Source: Laetmonice hystrix (Eukaryota). From it: DNA of 64,000 bases. The position numbers were made by a program, and so were the translations under genes. Shown in pieces: positions 13,745 through 28,474 of the stretch (the first letter of the stretch is position 1; every line of letters begins with the position of its first letter). The notes under the pieces were generated by a model. That model had not been told where the DNA came from. It was given only the letters and a program-made list of their open reading frames with translations, and did no database searches. Where the stretch lies: the NCBI GenBank assembly GCA_965235115.1, contig OZ249436.1:15006001-15070000 (forward strand), in the 5' to 3' direction.

Positions 13745-14765
13745 TGGGCATCGAGGTAACTGTGGATGTATATGGCTGGTACACAATGCTGGATGGTTCT
13801 GTGGGCCAGGTCTAGATGTGCCATGAAGCTATACGATTACCTCAGCTCTATGTCACCCAAACTTCTTGCCGAGTTCATGACTGCTGCTCTGTTTACCTTC
13901 TACCTCTGGCCCACGTGTACTTTGGTCAGGTGACTGTCGTGTGCCCATTCCATCCATACCTCCCTCTCTGCCTCCCCCTCCGACTCAGCATCCCTGGCCC
14001 AGTCGTTCTGCCACCAATGTGCACTTTTTCTTGTTTGTGTTTGTGCCTCCGTCTCAGTTGCCCTGCCGTGTGCTCCTCTCCTCATGCTAGCTTCCGCCAC
14101 TGCTACGTCATGGTGCCATATGGGGCAGTGGAGTGGGTTACGAAGCTGGCAGGCGGCCCGGCCCGAACCGACCGGCCGACCGGCGGCAATGGCCGAGGCT
14201 GCTGCTGGCTCATTCTGCATGGTGACTCCACCAGTGACGACCGCCCGAGCGGGCCAGGTGGCGGGGAGCGGGCGGGGTTCGGTCGGGGAGGGGGGAGGGG
14301 GTGGATGGGATAAACCTCGGGCAGGAGGGAGGGTGGGGGGATAGACCCACCGAAATGGTCTACTGGCTGCCAGGCACAACAACCTGCAGTTGTTTATCTG
14401 CGGCAATCTCCAGTCTTTTGGTGTTTGTGTCTGCAAAGATGGGCTCTGTACACCTGTGTGGCTTCATGCATGGAGCCGATACCTCGTGGAGTATGATCCT
14501 GCATGGGGGGGGGGAGGTGCAAGGGGGGGTAGGGAGCACCCATCTCCCCTCTGGCTACCAATCCCGCCTCTCAGCTGCTCTCCCTCCGCCTTCTCAATCT
14601 TCACCACCGTTAGCGGCAGCAGCTCCTGCTGCCCTTGCATTACCCAGCCAAATTTACCCCCCTCACAGTACTACATACACACCACACTGACACCACCGCC
14701 GTCCTGCTAACCTTCGACCACAATGAATGTGCAGCCGCGACGCTGATCACGTCGCTGCGCCCATC
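13745..14765 (-). mobile_element. Highly decayed Ty3/Gypsy-like LTR retrotransposon fragment (gag zinc-knuckle-like and RT N-terminal remnants)
   Basis: GC-rich island inside the intron. With frameshifts allowed, the minus strand gives a CCHC-knuckle-like stretch near 14340-14390 (..DHFRWVYP) and TIQH..TSPYTSTVT near 13755-13797, resembling the Gypsy RT motif GIIRPSxSPYASPV. No intact ORF or LTR pair was found. Confidence 0.35.
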
Positions 14766-17700
14766 TCCCATCCACACACTGTGCTGGGGTCATCAAAGAG
14801 AGTCGTAGTTACAGGTATAGGCCTCACGGTAACCAGAGTTATCTCGCTAGCCACCCGCCCACGCACCCAACGCTGCATCAGCAGTGTCATTCCCACTAGA
14901 CCTGTACACAAAACCGTCAAGTGGACGACACTTTCGGCTGTCTAGAAACATGAAATGGTCCGCGTCCATAGACTATTCAATAAAAGCCAATCCCGAGAGT
15001 TGCCATAGGTTAGCTTCCCGTATTATTTCCTTTCACTCCATCATGAAAATCACTACTTTTAGGACTTACCTGACATCATTATTATTAGCGTTCTCAAATG
15101 TAAAAAAAAAACGTCCGCGTCCGATTGAACGAATTTAAGAGACCGTTCTATAATCTCAACGCAGTGAGTCATTTGTGGTTCAACGCTCTACCGGCATCTT
15201 TGCCGGTAACAATACAGTGTTTGTAAGTTGTCCACAAGTGACGACCAACGGGACGTACGCTTTCCCGGGGGCCATGATGACGATCAAATAGACAGCTAGT
15301 CGTCTCCTGCCACATACCTAAAATACCTGCAGTGGATCTCTTCTAAACGTGGGCCCGCACAGCGGCAAACTTTCATTTGGTGGTATTGTTTGCGTCATAC
15401 CGCCCAACTTATGGGAATCTTCCCAATAAACCTTATATGCATATAGCAAGTAATAACTCCAAACCATATCTGCCGCGCACACTTGACATAGTCAGCATCT
15501 TAGTGTGAAGCTAATTGGCTGAGCTGGCCGTGAGGTGCTTCTCCTTCCTCAGCTGCATGCTGAATCACTACCTCCCACACACCTTATCACGGGGGCCTTT
15601 TACGGACCGGCCTTAAATGTCAACGGCATCACCTTTATCAGTTATATATGTACACGAACCTATTGCTGGCACAAGAATCAACTGAAGCAAATTATTCAGC
15701 GGAAACGGCAACAAGGAATGATAATCATGGTGCACTGAAACTTCAGAAATCCTTCAGCTTCAGGACAATAAGCTGTTCTCTCAGTCAACAGCTACTATAA
15801 GAATTGCATCACTCTACCGCTGTTGTCGCACACCTGCGCCGAATACTTTAACAAATTCACATTAGAAATGTTTCAGAAATACAAGAGACGTACCTTTTAG
15901 TGTTCATAATTACTTCATCGGAAACGCAATTTTGTCACAAGCTGCGAAGCACGCCTATCTCTCAAGGCGATTTGTACAAAACGCCTTCAGGAAATGACGT
16001 ATTAGTGAACGTATTGGTGAACTTTTTCCCTTTTCTACATTTACCATTGGAACCAACTTTGTTTATTCTACGCTGAACGAGGCGACATTTTAAAATCACA
16101 TCAATAGTCTTCGTACGTGTATTATGCAGAACTGTAACTACTAGTATACGAGTGGTGGTCCTATAATTTTTACAATATTTTTTTTTACAGCATGTATCAT
16201 ACAAAAGCTTTGACACGCCATTTATATTAACAATCCCAACCCATCTCAATGATGTGTCTGCTTAAAAATCTGCACTGCCTTTTTCTTTCTGATCAACTTC
16301 CGATATGATATTATTTTGTGCAGTCAGAGAGGCATATCAGGAAAATCTTGCTACCAGGTCCTGACTTATCGTTAATTATTTGACAAAGGTGAACGTCTGA
16401 TCTGTGACAACACCCAGGCCGAAACGCCGCTGTCCCCGTTGACTGACGGGCCGGTCGCCGGTCCGTGAACGAGCGAGCGGCGCCTACTTTGTACATACAC
16501 GGTGGCCAGACGAGCCCCTCCCTGTGACATCACCGGGTCAGTCGGTGGCAGTCAGGTGACAGCGCCCCGACGTGTCATGACATCGTTCTTCATTCCCAAA
16601 TAAGGAGCACCCTCTACACATAAAGTGTCATTCAAACCAGACAGTCCTGACAGCATTTCGCGATCTCCCGAGCGTAAACGATCTCTCTGAGGATGAGCCA
16701 AACAACCGTGCTGCATTTAACAAATATGTCACGAAATTCAGAGAGCAAAAAATGTTGATTCTCGCCGAAAGCTGGCTGGAAAAGTGAACTATTTGAGAAC
16801 AAAAAATATTTGAGACATATTTTCATAATCATTTTCAAATAAAACATTCAAATATCAGGTAGAAACGAAATGTCCATGTCACACTGCCAAGAGGTCATTC
16901 AGGATGCTCAAATCTCAAGATCATAACTACAATGACGCAAATTATATTAGATTTCAGACATATCTTTCAATGCCACGAACATCCCATTATCAAGCTCCAG
17001 GTAGCTGTGATAGGGACCGACTAGGAACCAGATTCTATAGTAGATTGTCCCACCTGCTGTTCCAGGTCCATAGGACCAACAAGGATTGCAAGCTTCCGTA
17101 CCTCAGTTTGTATGCATATGGGGAGCCTGCCTCTCATCTTATTTCTGAAAGGTCCTCTGACTGATGTCTTTCCGACCACAGGTCCCCAGGCCTTACCGTT
17201 AAAAAAAACACCAAAAGTCACCATAAACACCTAAATTAAGAGATTGACTGGGCTTATCATGAAGCAGAAAGATTTGGGAAAATTTGCATATTTTTAATAT
17301 CTGTGTTTTGGTCGGAATTTAGGTATTAGTTTGACAACATTGCACAACTTCTCTTGTCAAGACTCGCTCCCATCCTATCCCCCTGATGCCAACCTTCTGT
17401 CAATTCCCTGAATTCTCAAGTGCAAAAATCTTAAACACACACACAGAGAGGCAGACAAAGACCGCCTTTATTCCAGTTCTACTGGAAAAATTCCTGAAGG
17501 TACAGGTAATCGGCAGAACCTGAGTGAACTAGAAAACTTGTTTCAGACTTATTTTTACTAGTATGTCACGATGAGGAAGTGTGTTTTGGGGCAGAGCATC
17601 GGTGAACCGAGACTGAGTGGGAGTTGAGAAGAGCACCTGCATTATGACAGAGGCCCGTTACTGGATGGGTGTGGGGGTGACAGCGACAGCCTAACGGGCC

Positions 17701-20700
17701 GGTCACCAACAGACTGTGACCAGGCACTCAACCACTAGTGAAGCTTTCCCCAGTGGGATGCTCAAAGACACGACCTCTTTATGGTGCGACTGGTGCCATC
17801 CTTTATAACACTGTTAGTGGATTCTAAAGGAGAGGCAGTGGTAGAGCAGGAGAGAAGGACCTTCGGATTTCTAGTATGGGAAATAATTGATAAATACCGA
17901 AACGGGATTTTAGTAACGATCTATGATTTATAATATCATCATACATTTCTGGTCTATACATTAGGGCATTTGTGAGTGTGCTGTGGGCAAGCGAGTGAAT
18001 TTTATTTTATTACATAAACGTTGAACAATTATATTGAAAACTACTAACTTCATACAGATAACTAAATAACTGTGGAAATGGTATACCGGATAGTTTAACC
18101 AAGTATTCATCAATTCTAACAACATTATTTTTTTATGGTGACTACCTTCCAGAAAATCCTTCCCCCAAAAAGGACAGATGGATCATCAGAAAACACAATG
18201 TATCTGGTGCACTGTCCTGACCTAATATCTCCTTTACCAGGTGATATCCCTGATAACGGCCGAGGACCACTACAAGAGCACCGCCCCCACCAGCAAGGGT
18301 GGTGTTTACCGCGGTCGGCGGGAGCCTTATCAGGTGCTCATGGTGACACTGACAGTACAACATTCTTCTCCTGCATGCTCACCATGGCCCTGTTCTACTC
18401 ACCCCTTGACATTTCCGTGTAATACGTGACGGCAAACCCGGGACATTTCAAAGTCCCTCTGCCTTGTTCTCTGAACGTGACATCTGGCACAAAATCATCC
18501 TTGATGGCGTCGAACTCAACCCTCTGAGCCAAACAATGATTCCTTCTGCCACACTTCTAAGTTCAGGAGTCAACCAAAGCTGCCTTGATTCCTAGAGATA
18601 TTCAATGAGGCTCTTATCAAATAGGACGCAGCCACTGTCAGACCGATCATTAGGGTAATTGGATTTTTCTCTTCATACTTCAGGTCGCAGCCACTGTCAG
18701 TTTGATAACCAAAGACAACTAAACTTTTGTAATCACAGTTCAGGGACTGGCCAGTGTGAGCGTGATCACCGCCGATAAGTGGACGCTTCATGTCACACTT
18801 CAGGAATCAAAAATCTGGTAGACGAGGTGAAAGGGCACACTAAATGTGACTATATGTACATTGTCATTCTATATATTGTTGGTTATTTTGAACAGAAGGC
18901 CCTCCGTCATGGGTCAATCGTAATACTGGGGATACTGTACTAACATCCATGTGTTCATTCACTTAACACCGGTAAACCCTGACCCCGGATCAACTCAAAA
19001 TACCTCTTTTAAAAATACACTTATTTGAAAATAAGCCGACAACCTGTTGCCACAGATTTCCCCTAAAATAAAACGCGACTCCATTTTACGACGCCTTTGG
19101 TCCAATATGAAAACAAATCAATTTAGGGTGTGCTCAACTGAAACTAAGCTGTTTAAAGATCAACCGGCTCAAAGACATTATTTGTTATGTGGGCTTCTGG
19201 TACAACTCAGCGCCATCTCTTCACCACCCAAGCTACGACAGTCAACATAAAAACCTTTCTGTTTACAAATGGGCAGATATTTAATTCCACCTCATGACCG
19301 GGGGAAGGAAATTCGCTTTTTCTGGAAACGTTTGCCGATCATGTTAACTTAATTAAGTCGCACAGTCACCAGACATGTGAGAGTACTAAACTAACAATGA
19401 TAGGTCTAATTCGAAAAAAAAAACATTTTCAAAGTCCTGTCGCTTCAAACTTAAATTCGGTCTGTGACATACCGTGCCTGTCGTGTTAAATCAAAGTATT
19501 TATAATCTGTCTCTGCATAATATACTCATGGTACTTACTAAAAGTTTTAGTATCTACATGACAGCTCAGCTACAAGAGACACGTGAACTGAATTATCAGC
19601 TCCTTACAATTTCTTTTTGCTCGGGAGTCCACAGTGGAACGAGAGCTACAGCGTCGGGAATCAATCCAGTTTTATCGTACACACGCCTTGTAACATGGGT
19701 GACGGTTTTTCGAAAATTTGAAACGGTAGTTAGCAGTGGTTTACCTTGTCCTGTCCCTGTCATCTAGAATCATCCCCGTCTTCTAAAATACCTAAATTTG
19801 CATTTATACCTGTAACTTAGGTTAACATCAAGAATCTTGCACCCTATACTGACATATCAAACATATTGCAACTTTTTTCTTTGCTTAAATTAGGACAGCG
19901 CCTGATGAAACCGTTCTCCGTACTGCAGAGGGAAGCTTGGGGAAAATTCACTGCTGGAATCTGACGGTTCAGTACTTCTTACCCTCTGGGCTGATTGAGA
20001 AAAGGATATCTTAAACTCTAGCTGCTGATTAGTTCTAGCAATCATAAATAGTTATTATTCTCCGGCGCCCGTGCTTTAAATATCGTGACAGGTATGTTAA
20101 GAAACCCTGAAAGTCGGCCGAGAATGAAGGGTTCATGAGCAGTTACCTCGTGTAGGCCTAAAAATAATAGCCCTGCATCTGAAGCCGCACGCGAATTCGG
20201 TACTTCTTTACATTCTAAGCCGAAATGGCCATGAATCAAAATGGTGGCTATAAGCGTTTGAAAAACATTCATCTTTATTCTAATTTCAATAGCAGGCTTA
20301 TGCAGATGAAAATACATTTAAAGGTGCATCCTTGAATTGTTCAATTTGAATTCATTTGGAATTTACTGATCAACTTAACTGAAAAGGGAGATCAGAATTG
20401 CTTCCGTAACCAAAGATTACGCCAAACAAAATTAACGGACCATATCATAGCATCCATATGCTTTTGGCATATGGAAACCACTGTAACGTTCAAAGTCTTT
20501 GAATCAATATCTATTTCAAAAATATAAGTGCTATACTGAGAAAAAGTAAGACTGGTCATTAAGAAAACAGAATTTCTCTTGCATGCCAACAAATCTAAAG
20601 TGATGCATACCTGTCTTGTCTGTTCTGACATCAACTTCTCAACGAACAAAAGAAAAAAGGTCAGAAATAAGTTTTAACCGTCCCGTTTTCTACGATCTTA

Positions 20701-21530
20701 TTTTCTTTCAAGTTCTATAATTTCACTATGTCTCAGGGCTTAGTGCACGCCATTCATCGCTTTACAAGATGCTGCTCTGTACCAATTCACGTGTGTGACA
20801 AGGCCTTTCTCTGTGCTCTCTCTCCTTGCCGCAGTCACGACAGCGTCTGTGTGGGTGGACCGGTTGGTTTCTCCATCAGCTTGTTCGTACAGAACAACTT
20901 TCTGATGATAAAACACGACACAGTTTCTTCATTAGAATAGGATGTAATTAACACTACCATTAAAATGCCAATTACACTTCACTCGAGAGCAGCGGAAACT
21001 GAAGATGATTCAAACTTTTGAAGATAACTTCCCGGGGGGGGGAGGGGGGTGTGGCTACTAGCCAACCTGGGTTGAGATGCTCGGAGTGAGACTGATCACT
21101 AGAGATTACTTTAACAAGTTAGACGGCTGACTCACTCTCATTTACATTCAACAAAAGATGCACTAGTGCTGACAAAGGTTTCCTTTTTGTGTCCCCGATC
21201 TGAATCACAAAGCCAAGACAATTATCTTTTGGGGAATTACAGTTATTCTAGGTACTTTTACACAGACAACCCGTTTAATCGCTATAGAAAATCTGCAACT
21301 GGCGCTCCCTCGAACGAGATGAATGCTCTTTTCATGATCAACGACTTTCGCACTGCTCTAAACCTGATATGTCCAAACACATTTAACTGTACATAATGTA
21401 ACACTGTTGTACACACGACCTGCTTTTACTTCGATTAGAACCTCAATCTTGTCTTGTTCTTAAAAGTTGGTGCCTTTCAGAAATTATGCAAAAGTGTCAA
21501 AACAGCTCTCTCACATCTATCAATAGGCTG

Positions 21531-21987
21531 GCATATATCTGGTCTGATCTGACCGTGGCCTTAAACACCCACATCGAATTCGTTCCAGCATATATCTAGT
21601 CTGGTCTGGCGGTGGCCTTAAACACCCACATCGAATTCATTCCAGCATATATCTCATTATCTGGTCTGGTCTGGCCGTGGCCTTAAACCCCCACATCGAA
21701 TTCATTCCAGCATATATCTGGTCTGATCTGGCCATGGCTTTAAACATCCACATCGAATTCGTTCCAGCATATATCTAGTCTGGTCTGGCAGTGGCCTTAA
21801 ACCCACATCAAATTCGTTCCAGCATATCTCGTCTGGTCTGGTCTGGCCGTGGCCTTAAACCCACATCGAGTTCGTTCCAGCATATATCTGGTCTGGTCTG
21901 GCAGTGGCCTTACACCCACATCGAATTTGTTCCAGCATAATGGTCTGGTCTGGCTGTGGCCTTAAACCCACATCAAATTCATTCCAG
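21531..21987. repeat. Minisatellite, ~57-bp unit, about 8 copies
   Basis: Unit gcatatatctggtctggtctggccgtggccttaaacacccacatcgaattcgttcca repeated head-to-tail with small indels. Confidence 0.95.
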
Positions 21988-24900
21988 TTTTAGTTAACAA
22001 AGACCCCTCTAAATCTAAGTCGATAAATCTTTCAATTAGCGATTTAGCGACCACTTGGAACCCCACACTAGCCCTCGCCCCATTTGTCACGTTTTATGAA
22101 CAGCCAGGGGCTGAGCTGAGCCTGAGGATTATTCTTACCCCTGATCCCCAAGGGGGAAATGTTTGTTGTGGTAGAATAAAAAAAGAAGGTACAATATGAA
22201 TCTAGAAGTTTGTTGTACTTGGGTGTCAGATGAGATATGATAAAAACAGATTTTTTTATTATTACTTTTTTGTTTTTGCTTAAAATTAAAATAGATTTGC
22301 GAGAGTTAATTGCTCTCCTGGAACAGGCCAGGAGCTTGAATCATCACTCCCCAGGGGTTTTCAAATAACAAGGCTTACTCTGGGGTATTTTCACAGCTAT
22401 GTTAACGTCTTTATGATTAGATAATACAAACCCAGTCCTGTTGGTTTATTTTTTATTGTAAGGTCTCCCCAAAACAACCCCCTCTCCACCAAAACAAAAA
22501 AAAAAGAAATACAGAAGAAACTTACTCCCATTTTTCGCGCCATTTAGAGTCAAGCTGGGTTAGTTGATGGTTTTATGCCCTGTCGGTAGAATTTCACATT
22601 TTCAGACTCCCTCGTCTCAGAACTCCAGTTTATAAAAGTGCATACATTACTGCATGCTGTCTAGAAGTATTCCGAATTACCTGGATAACATCACCTTTTA
22701 TCAACTGAAAAAAAAATCCTTTTCTAAAGAAATCCTTTTCTAACAACTCGTGCTGAAGCTGAATCTGTGGACAGACAAATTGATTCAGTCCACCCAGAAC
22801 CAAACTCCTGAATTAGACCAATCCAACAGTCTTGTCAACAAAAGTATATCAGTTTATTTTAATGTTGACGGTTAACTTCTTTTTTCGGGGGGAGGGGGAG
22901 GGCCTAGAGAAGGTGAATAAGCTACTGGAATACAAGCTTAAACTGTAACTAACTATAAGCTAAAAGGGTTCTTTTATACCCCCAGGCACGCAGACAGGCT
23001 TGGGTTGTATACTAAAATCTTTCAGGGACAGCAAAAGAAATGGCCATGGGAGATCCAAATCTATCTGTGCCATACCTACGATTCTTCAATGCAATCACTG
23101 ACCCTTCCAATCACAACCCCTCACCCCTTTCCTCCCCTCTCATGAACAGCCAGAGGTGGAGCTGTTAATTATACTCACCCATGGCCAGATCGTCACAGCT
23201 GTCAAAATGAATATGAGAAATCTTTACATCACAATAGCTGTGACCTAGAGACAGATCATGGCTCTGATCATGAACGACACTTGAGGCCATGCCTGAACAG
23301 TACTTATCGGCTGCAAAACTAAACGTGACTATGATAAAAGTACAGCAAGACAGACCTATCTTGTCCTTGACTTCTAGCTCAATCCGGGGCGTCAAATGAC
23401 CGGTCAGCAATCTTTCCTCGCCTCTTGTGTCCAACTCCCTGTCACGAATGATCCTTTGACAGTGCAGATATACTATCTTGACTACATCCTGGAGTCAAGA
23501 GTCAAGCCACTGATCTTCAACATGCTAGACACCATGAACTAGTCCCCACCTTGAGGCAACACCACCTGTCTGATGATTTCAATGTCAGCGTCAAAGATAT
23601 TGTCCATTCTCTTTCCCTTCTGTCACAGCCAGCCACTGTTGTAAGGTTAGCTTGGAGTTGCCAATTCACTCATCATTTACCCACTAATCACCTCCGCTTA
23701 CAATCCCAACACGTCTGAGTAGAGGTGCTGTCCACATCCATGTGCACATTTTCCACACGAGCCTTTTCTGCTTTGACTGCCGCCTGCCAACTTCTCAACA
23801 GCTTGTTAACGTTGTGCTACATTTTACATCCTGAGCTCAATGAACAAATGTGATGAGTACAACCTCTCATCCTGAGTTCTTTACTTTTAACTATGAAAAA
23901 TCGAAGCTGCTCGTAGAATGCATTCATTCATCAATTTATTTATGTCACACTTCAAAAAAAGCAGCAGTTCTAAAAGTTATTATCTATTACCGTTATCCAC
24001 ACAGAAATATAACGCTTGTGTAGGACAAATCTAATTATAGCAAGACAAAACCTCAGCAGCTGGCTTTGATTCCACAAAAATCAGACAAGAGGAGAGCGTC
24101 AATTGTAATAATGGGGAGGTGGGTGTTAGTTACACGAGGTCTCCCTATTGCCTGCCTTCGTTATTCCCTAATTAATGCTATGACGTATGAAGAAAAAGGC
24201 ACTGCTAAACTGCAATGGGCTTTGCAATTCTTTAATGGATCGTACTGCATTTACAAGGTTAGATGTGGCTGACAAGCATCTAATATGTGAAATAGATGGG
24301 CACATTTCTGACCTCCTGAGAATTTATTCTTTGGAGCAAGCTTATTGCACCACATGGCTTACGACTGTTCTTTTTATGGTAACTGTCATGGCCACAACTG
24401 TGAACCCATCATGTTAAAGGTTAATTACTGAATGTTTTATCCCCTTCCCTACCACTGTTTTATCCATAATTCTGAAAATAAATCAGACAATGAAATGGAG
24501 TTTGCCGGCCAATGCAAACTCTTTTTTCAAAGCAAGTGAGCAAGTCTCTTCTGGTTCCGGAAACAAGTATATGTCTATAATGTTTTTTTCTTAAATACTA
24601 ACAATTTAACAACTATTGCAGTTACAAACATAAATTTCACGTGATTAAAGGGACTCCGTCAATTCTCCCCAAATGTGAAACGTACCTTTCATCCTTAGCA
24701 ACATATTTAAATATGGCAATCAAATAATGGCAACAAATGTAAGAAAATTACAAGTTCAGTCGCCCAAGTTTACAAACCATCGCCATGGCAAACCAGCGTG
24801 GCTGCGGGGAGCAAAAGAAGGCAATTACCGATGGCACATGCTGCTCCGTAAATTACAACTTAATGCGCAGTTGTTTTGCTTCCAATTTATTATGAGATTG

Positions 24901-25848
24901 CAGGTAAATCTAGGTTGTTTAATATGAAAGAGGTAAAAGTAAAATTTATATAAGTGCTATTTTAGAATCATGATCTTACATTGAACACCCTCCAAATCAC
25001 AAAAAATATGGGGGGGAAATCCCTTCTGCCGTAACTTTTTCTTTGCCTCTGTCCAAACACCAAATCTACACTGGCCAGTGACCTGGACTGAGACTGGCAG
25101 CATCAAATGGATGCTGGATGCTGGCAAGAATGCAGACCTCACTGGATCTCACTCAGACACTGTTGTTAGCCGATTCACCATTGGGTCTGACCCATTGGCC
25201 AATAGTGTGTAACATATGCCCATGGCTCGAGGAACAACAATATTGACACTGTAACATCACAAGGACCTCATTTATGGTGTTAAGCAGCCATCTGTACATT
25301 TCATCTTCCAATATGATTCCCCTTATTATATAGCTACATTTTAAGCTGAAATCTAAAGGAATCATGGCACCCTGGTTGAGCGTTCCGGGAAGCCAGTTCG
25401 GCCTGGTTTCACGCTTACCTCGTCAAAATCTATGCACCTTCTGTCCCAAGGATACTTCCTAGGTTTAATATACATTATGTATTGTAAACAGACAGCAGCG
25501 AAATGCACTGTCACCTTCACATTTCATGTCGAGAACACTCAAAACTAACGCTGCCATCGGGAATGTCTGACCTGCAGGCATAGCATCGCAACGGGTGAGA
25601 TGATCACGTGTTTGCGGCTATAGTCTCACGTTCGGGTGAAAAGGGTATAAAGTCGCCCGGGCAAAACTCTTTCGGGTAGGTGGGCTGCAGGTCTAGAAAA
25701 AGACACCCGGCATTCCAAATTTTAATAAATAGTCACGAAATCCAATCAGGCAAGTAGGCAGTGCTATGGAACATAATTACCAGACTATATACAAGCAGTT
25801 TTTTCGCCAATTTGAATAAGTGCCATGATTCCTTTAACAGTATCTTTC

Positions 25849-26006
25849 CAGGCCTCGAATTACATGACGGCATCGACGGCATTTGCCGTCGTGCCTTTTC
25901 CATGTATCGTGAATTTGCCGTCGTGCCCTTGAAAAATCTGATGGCGTTTCTTATGTATCGACGGCAGTTTTTGCCGTGCCCCTGTCAACTTCTAATTCAA
26001 GGCCTG
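25849..26006. mobile_element. Small hAT-like MITE
   Basis: TIRs CAGGCCTCGAATT / AATTCAAGGCCTG; imperfect 8-bp flanks tatctttc / tgactttc; internal repeated ttgccgtcgtgcc / gacggca motifs. Confidence 0.65.
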
Positions 26007-26606
26007 TGACTTTCCATATCTGCAGTACTTAACCCTTCAATAGACAGTGGACAAATAAATCAAAACAGGCCTTGCCATTTGATGGGCGCGATCGCGCTTG
26101 CGCCCCTAAGTGCCCTCAAAATTTGTGTCAGAAGCGCTGTTCATCGCACCTATCAACTTCACTGACTGAGCATTTTGAATCGGTGTTCCTCCTGAGCCAT
26201 GTCTGAGGGCATTTGGGGCAACCTCAAAAACTGTTCTCGGTCTCCTCTCTGTCCCCAAGTCAATCATTTCCTAGATGGCCCCTGGACATCTTTATGCCAA
26301 CCCTTATAAACTACCCTGAGTTTACTTGGAAATACCCAAACGTGGGAAAGGAACGATTTCTAAGGGAGTAGGTCTCCTCGGAACCACGGGGAGTGGTGGA
26401 TGGCTCCCATATAGATTTTAAATGGCAAGCACTGAAACACTGACTGTCTGACATCGTTATCCCTCATATAAATTGGAGTATATAGTTCAAAATGGTGCCA
26501 CCCAGGCACATAATAAACATATCAATATTCAATTGAAATTATTAAGCTTATCTTTTAGATTCACAATTTATGCACATAACTCTATGGTACAAGGTCTGCT
26601 ATTTAA

Positions 26607-27133
26607 AGGGGCATATTATGAGGAAACGTTAAAAATCGGTATTTCATAGAACTTTTGCTGTTTTCATAAAGAGATCCTTCATTAAAATTGCTTAGTAAAC
26701 AAAGACAGACTTATCAGTTTCATTTTGCGTGAGAAATCGAAGTTTATTAAGCTCCCTTGCCCGCTTCTCTGCCGATTTTGTAAAATATTTTTTGGGTGGC
26801 ATTCTGATGCCTGGCGATCGAGTGCAATGCTGAATTGTTTACAACTAAGCAAAGCACGTGACTAAGCACATGCAGAGCGTGCACACACAGGATGTGACAC
26901 AGTATGCAATTACACGGGTTGATGGGGGGTTGTCCGCCAAATTATGGCGGGAGATGTGCTATCGGGAGAAATCTATAGGTTTGGTTGTATAGAACCTACT
27001 TGTGCTGCATACGCAGCGAAAACACGTCGGAGGACAAAATGCTGTCGTAGGATTATTTACTTGGATCCCTAGTACACGGTCATGTTGGATAATTGCTGGA
27101 AATCCTCAAAAACGTGTTTCATAGCATGCCCCT
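26607..27133. mobile_element. Non-autonomous Kolobok-type DNA transposon (527 bp)
   Basis: TTAA|AGGGGCAT ... ATGCCCCT|TTAA: TTAA target duplication with purine-purine termini, typical of Kolobok rather than piggyBac (CC termini). Confidence 0.75.
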
Positions 27134-27351
27134 TTAACAGATCTATATATTCTTCAAACTAACCTCAAATGCTACTAAATTACAGCTTATCTCTCTCTAA
27201 GCAAATGATGCCTTGAGGCACTTCTTGTGCAGTTGATGGCTCTGCAGCCATCTCTCACCCATTCCATCCATTCATTGCAAAGATATATGGACGATGTTAA
27301 CATATATAATACGGAACAACAGGTTTTACAACTCCTCCCTTGTCTATATAC

Positions 27352-27674
27352 CTGGGCTTCCGCTAGCCGTTCGCCACATTCGCATTGGCGAAAAACAGTG
27401 CAAAATGGCGAAAGAAAATATTGCAAAAAAACAACATATTTTCGCCATACTGGCGAGTATAAAAATTCCCACAAAAGCAAGGAAATTATTGCCATCAGTG
27501 CACTAAACCTACACATAGAATGTTTCATGTTGTATGAAAAAGTGTATCAGTTGCCTTGTCTTTAATAATTAATATTTCGGTCAGGTGGTTAAAGAAATTA
27601 TTATGTGGCTACAGGATTTGGTTACCCGTTTAGCCACGGTGGCTAAAGAAGATTATTGGCAAGAGGAAGCCCAG
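27352..27674. mobile_element. MITE with 10-bp TIRs and probable 7-bp TSD
   Basis: CTGGGCTTCC ... GGAAGCCCAG; flanks tatatac / tatgtac; internal ttcgcca/tggcga and tagccac/gtggcta motifs. Confidence 0.65.
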
Positions 27675-28474
27675 TATGTACGGTATGTTTGTTAACCCGT
27701 CATTTCAAAAATAAAATGTATCGAAAATATAATTTTTCACCAGTCCATTGACATATTTTAGTGGTTCAAGGAAAGGTGGCTCGGGAAAGGTGGCTTGGGA
27801 GCCAGAAACCAAATAAAAAATTTACACGGACACTGTGCCCTGACCCCCTACCTTTTCGATATGAAGCTCAAAAGTTTATAATTATAAATCTGTCCTCTAA
27901 TTTTGATCATCATAAATCCTTTGCTTTGCCTACCTTCCTAATTTGCTCTTCATGGCCTACCTAGACTAGAGCTAGGCTAGGCTATAGTATATGATAGGCC
28001 TATGTCATTCTACAATCAGGACACATCACACAGGTACCGTACCCCAACCAGTGTGTACTGCTTGTTTGCGATCTGCCACTATTTCTTGAATAAACACAAA
28101 AACAAATTTACACGGCTCATAAGGCTGGAGAAAAAAAATCATAGTCAAGTGTCAGGCAAATCAACCCCATGTCCGTGAGTGAGTGACAATGACATCAAGC
28201 GGTGCCGGTAGGGCTGGGGTAAATGATTGTTGGCAGGGTAAAATATTCTACCTACCTGCCTTCCTCCTCGCTCTCGGACTCAAAATGTAATCTACCTTCT
28301 CTACTATCGTACCACACCTTTAATTCATGTAAACGCCTGTGACTGTGGCGACACTGAAACGCCCACGCACTCTACACGTGTCATACCATCCGAGTAACGG
28401 GTTCTGCTTGTCAAGTTCAAGCCATCCACTTCATCAGGCCGGGGCCAGGGGGTGGTCACCCACAATCTACTCAC

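Noticed and set aside
13816..14710. 165-178 aa ORFs as host genes
   Set aside because: Overlapping on both strands, low complexity and no coherent splice model; better explained as decayed repeat.
18135..18840. Possible decayed coding or TE sequence (also 23165-23880)
   Set aside because: Composition looks coding-like, but I found no recognisable domain or termini, so it cannot be supported without a search.
21531..21987. CRISPR-like array, or relationship to the other 57-bp satellite
   Set aside because: No spacers, and the sequence is unrelated to the 33.7-35.1 kb unit. The equal period appears coincidental.
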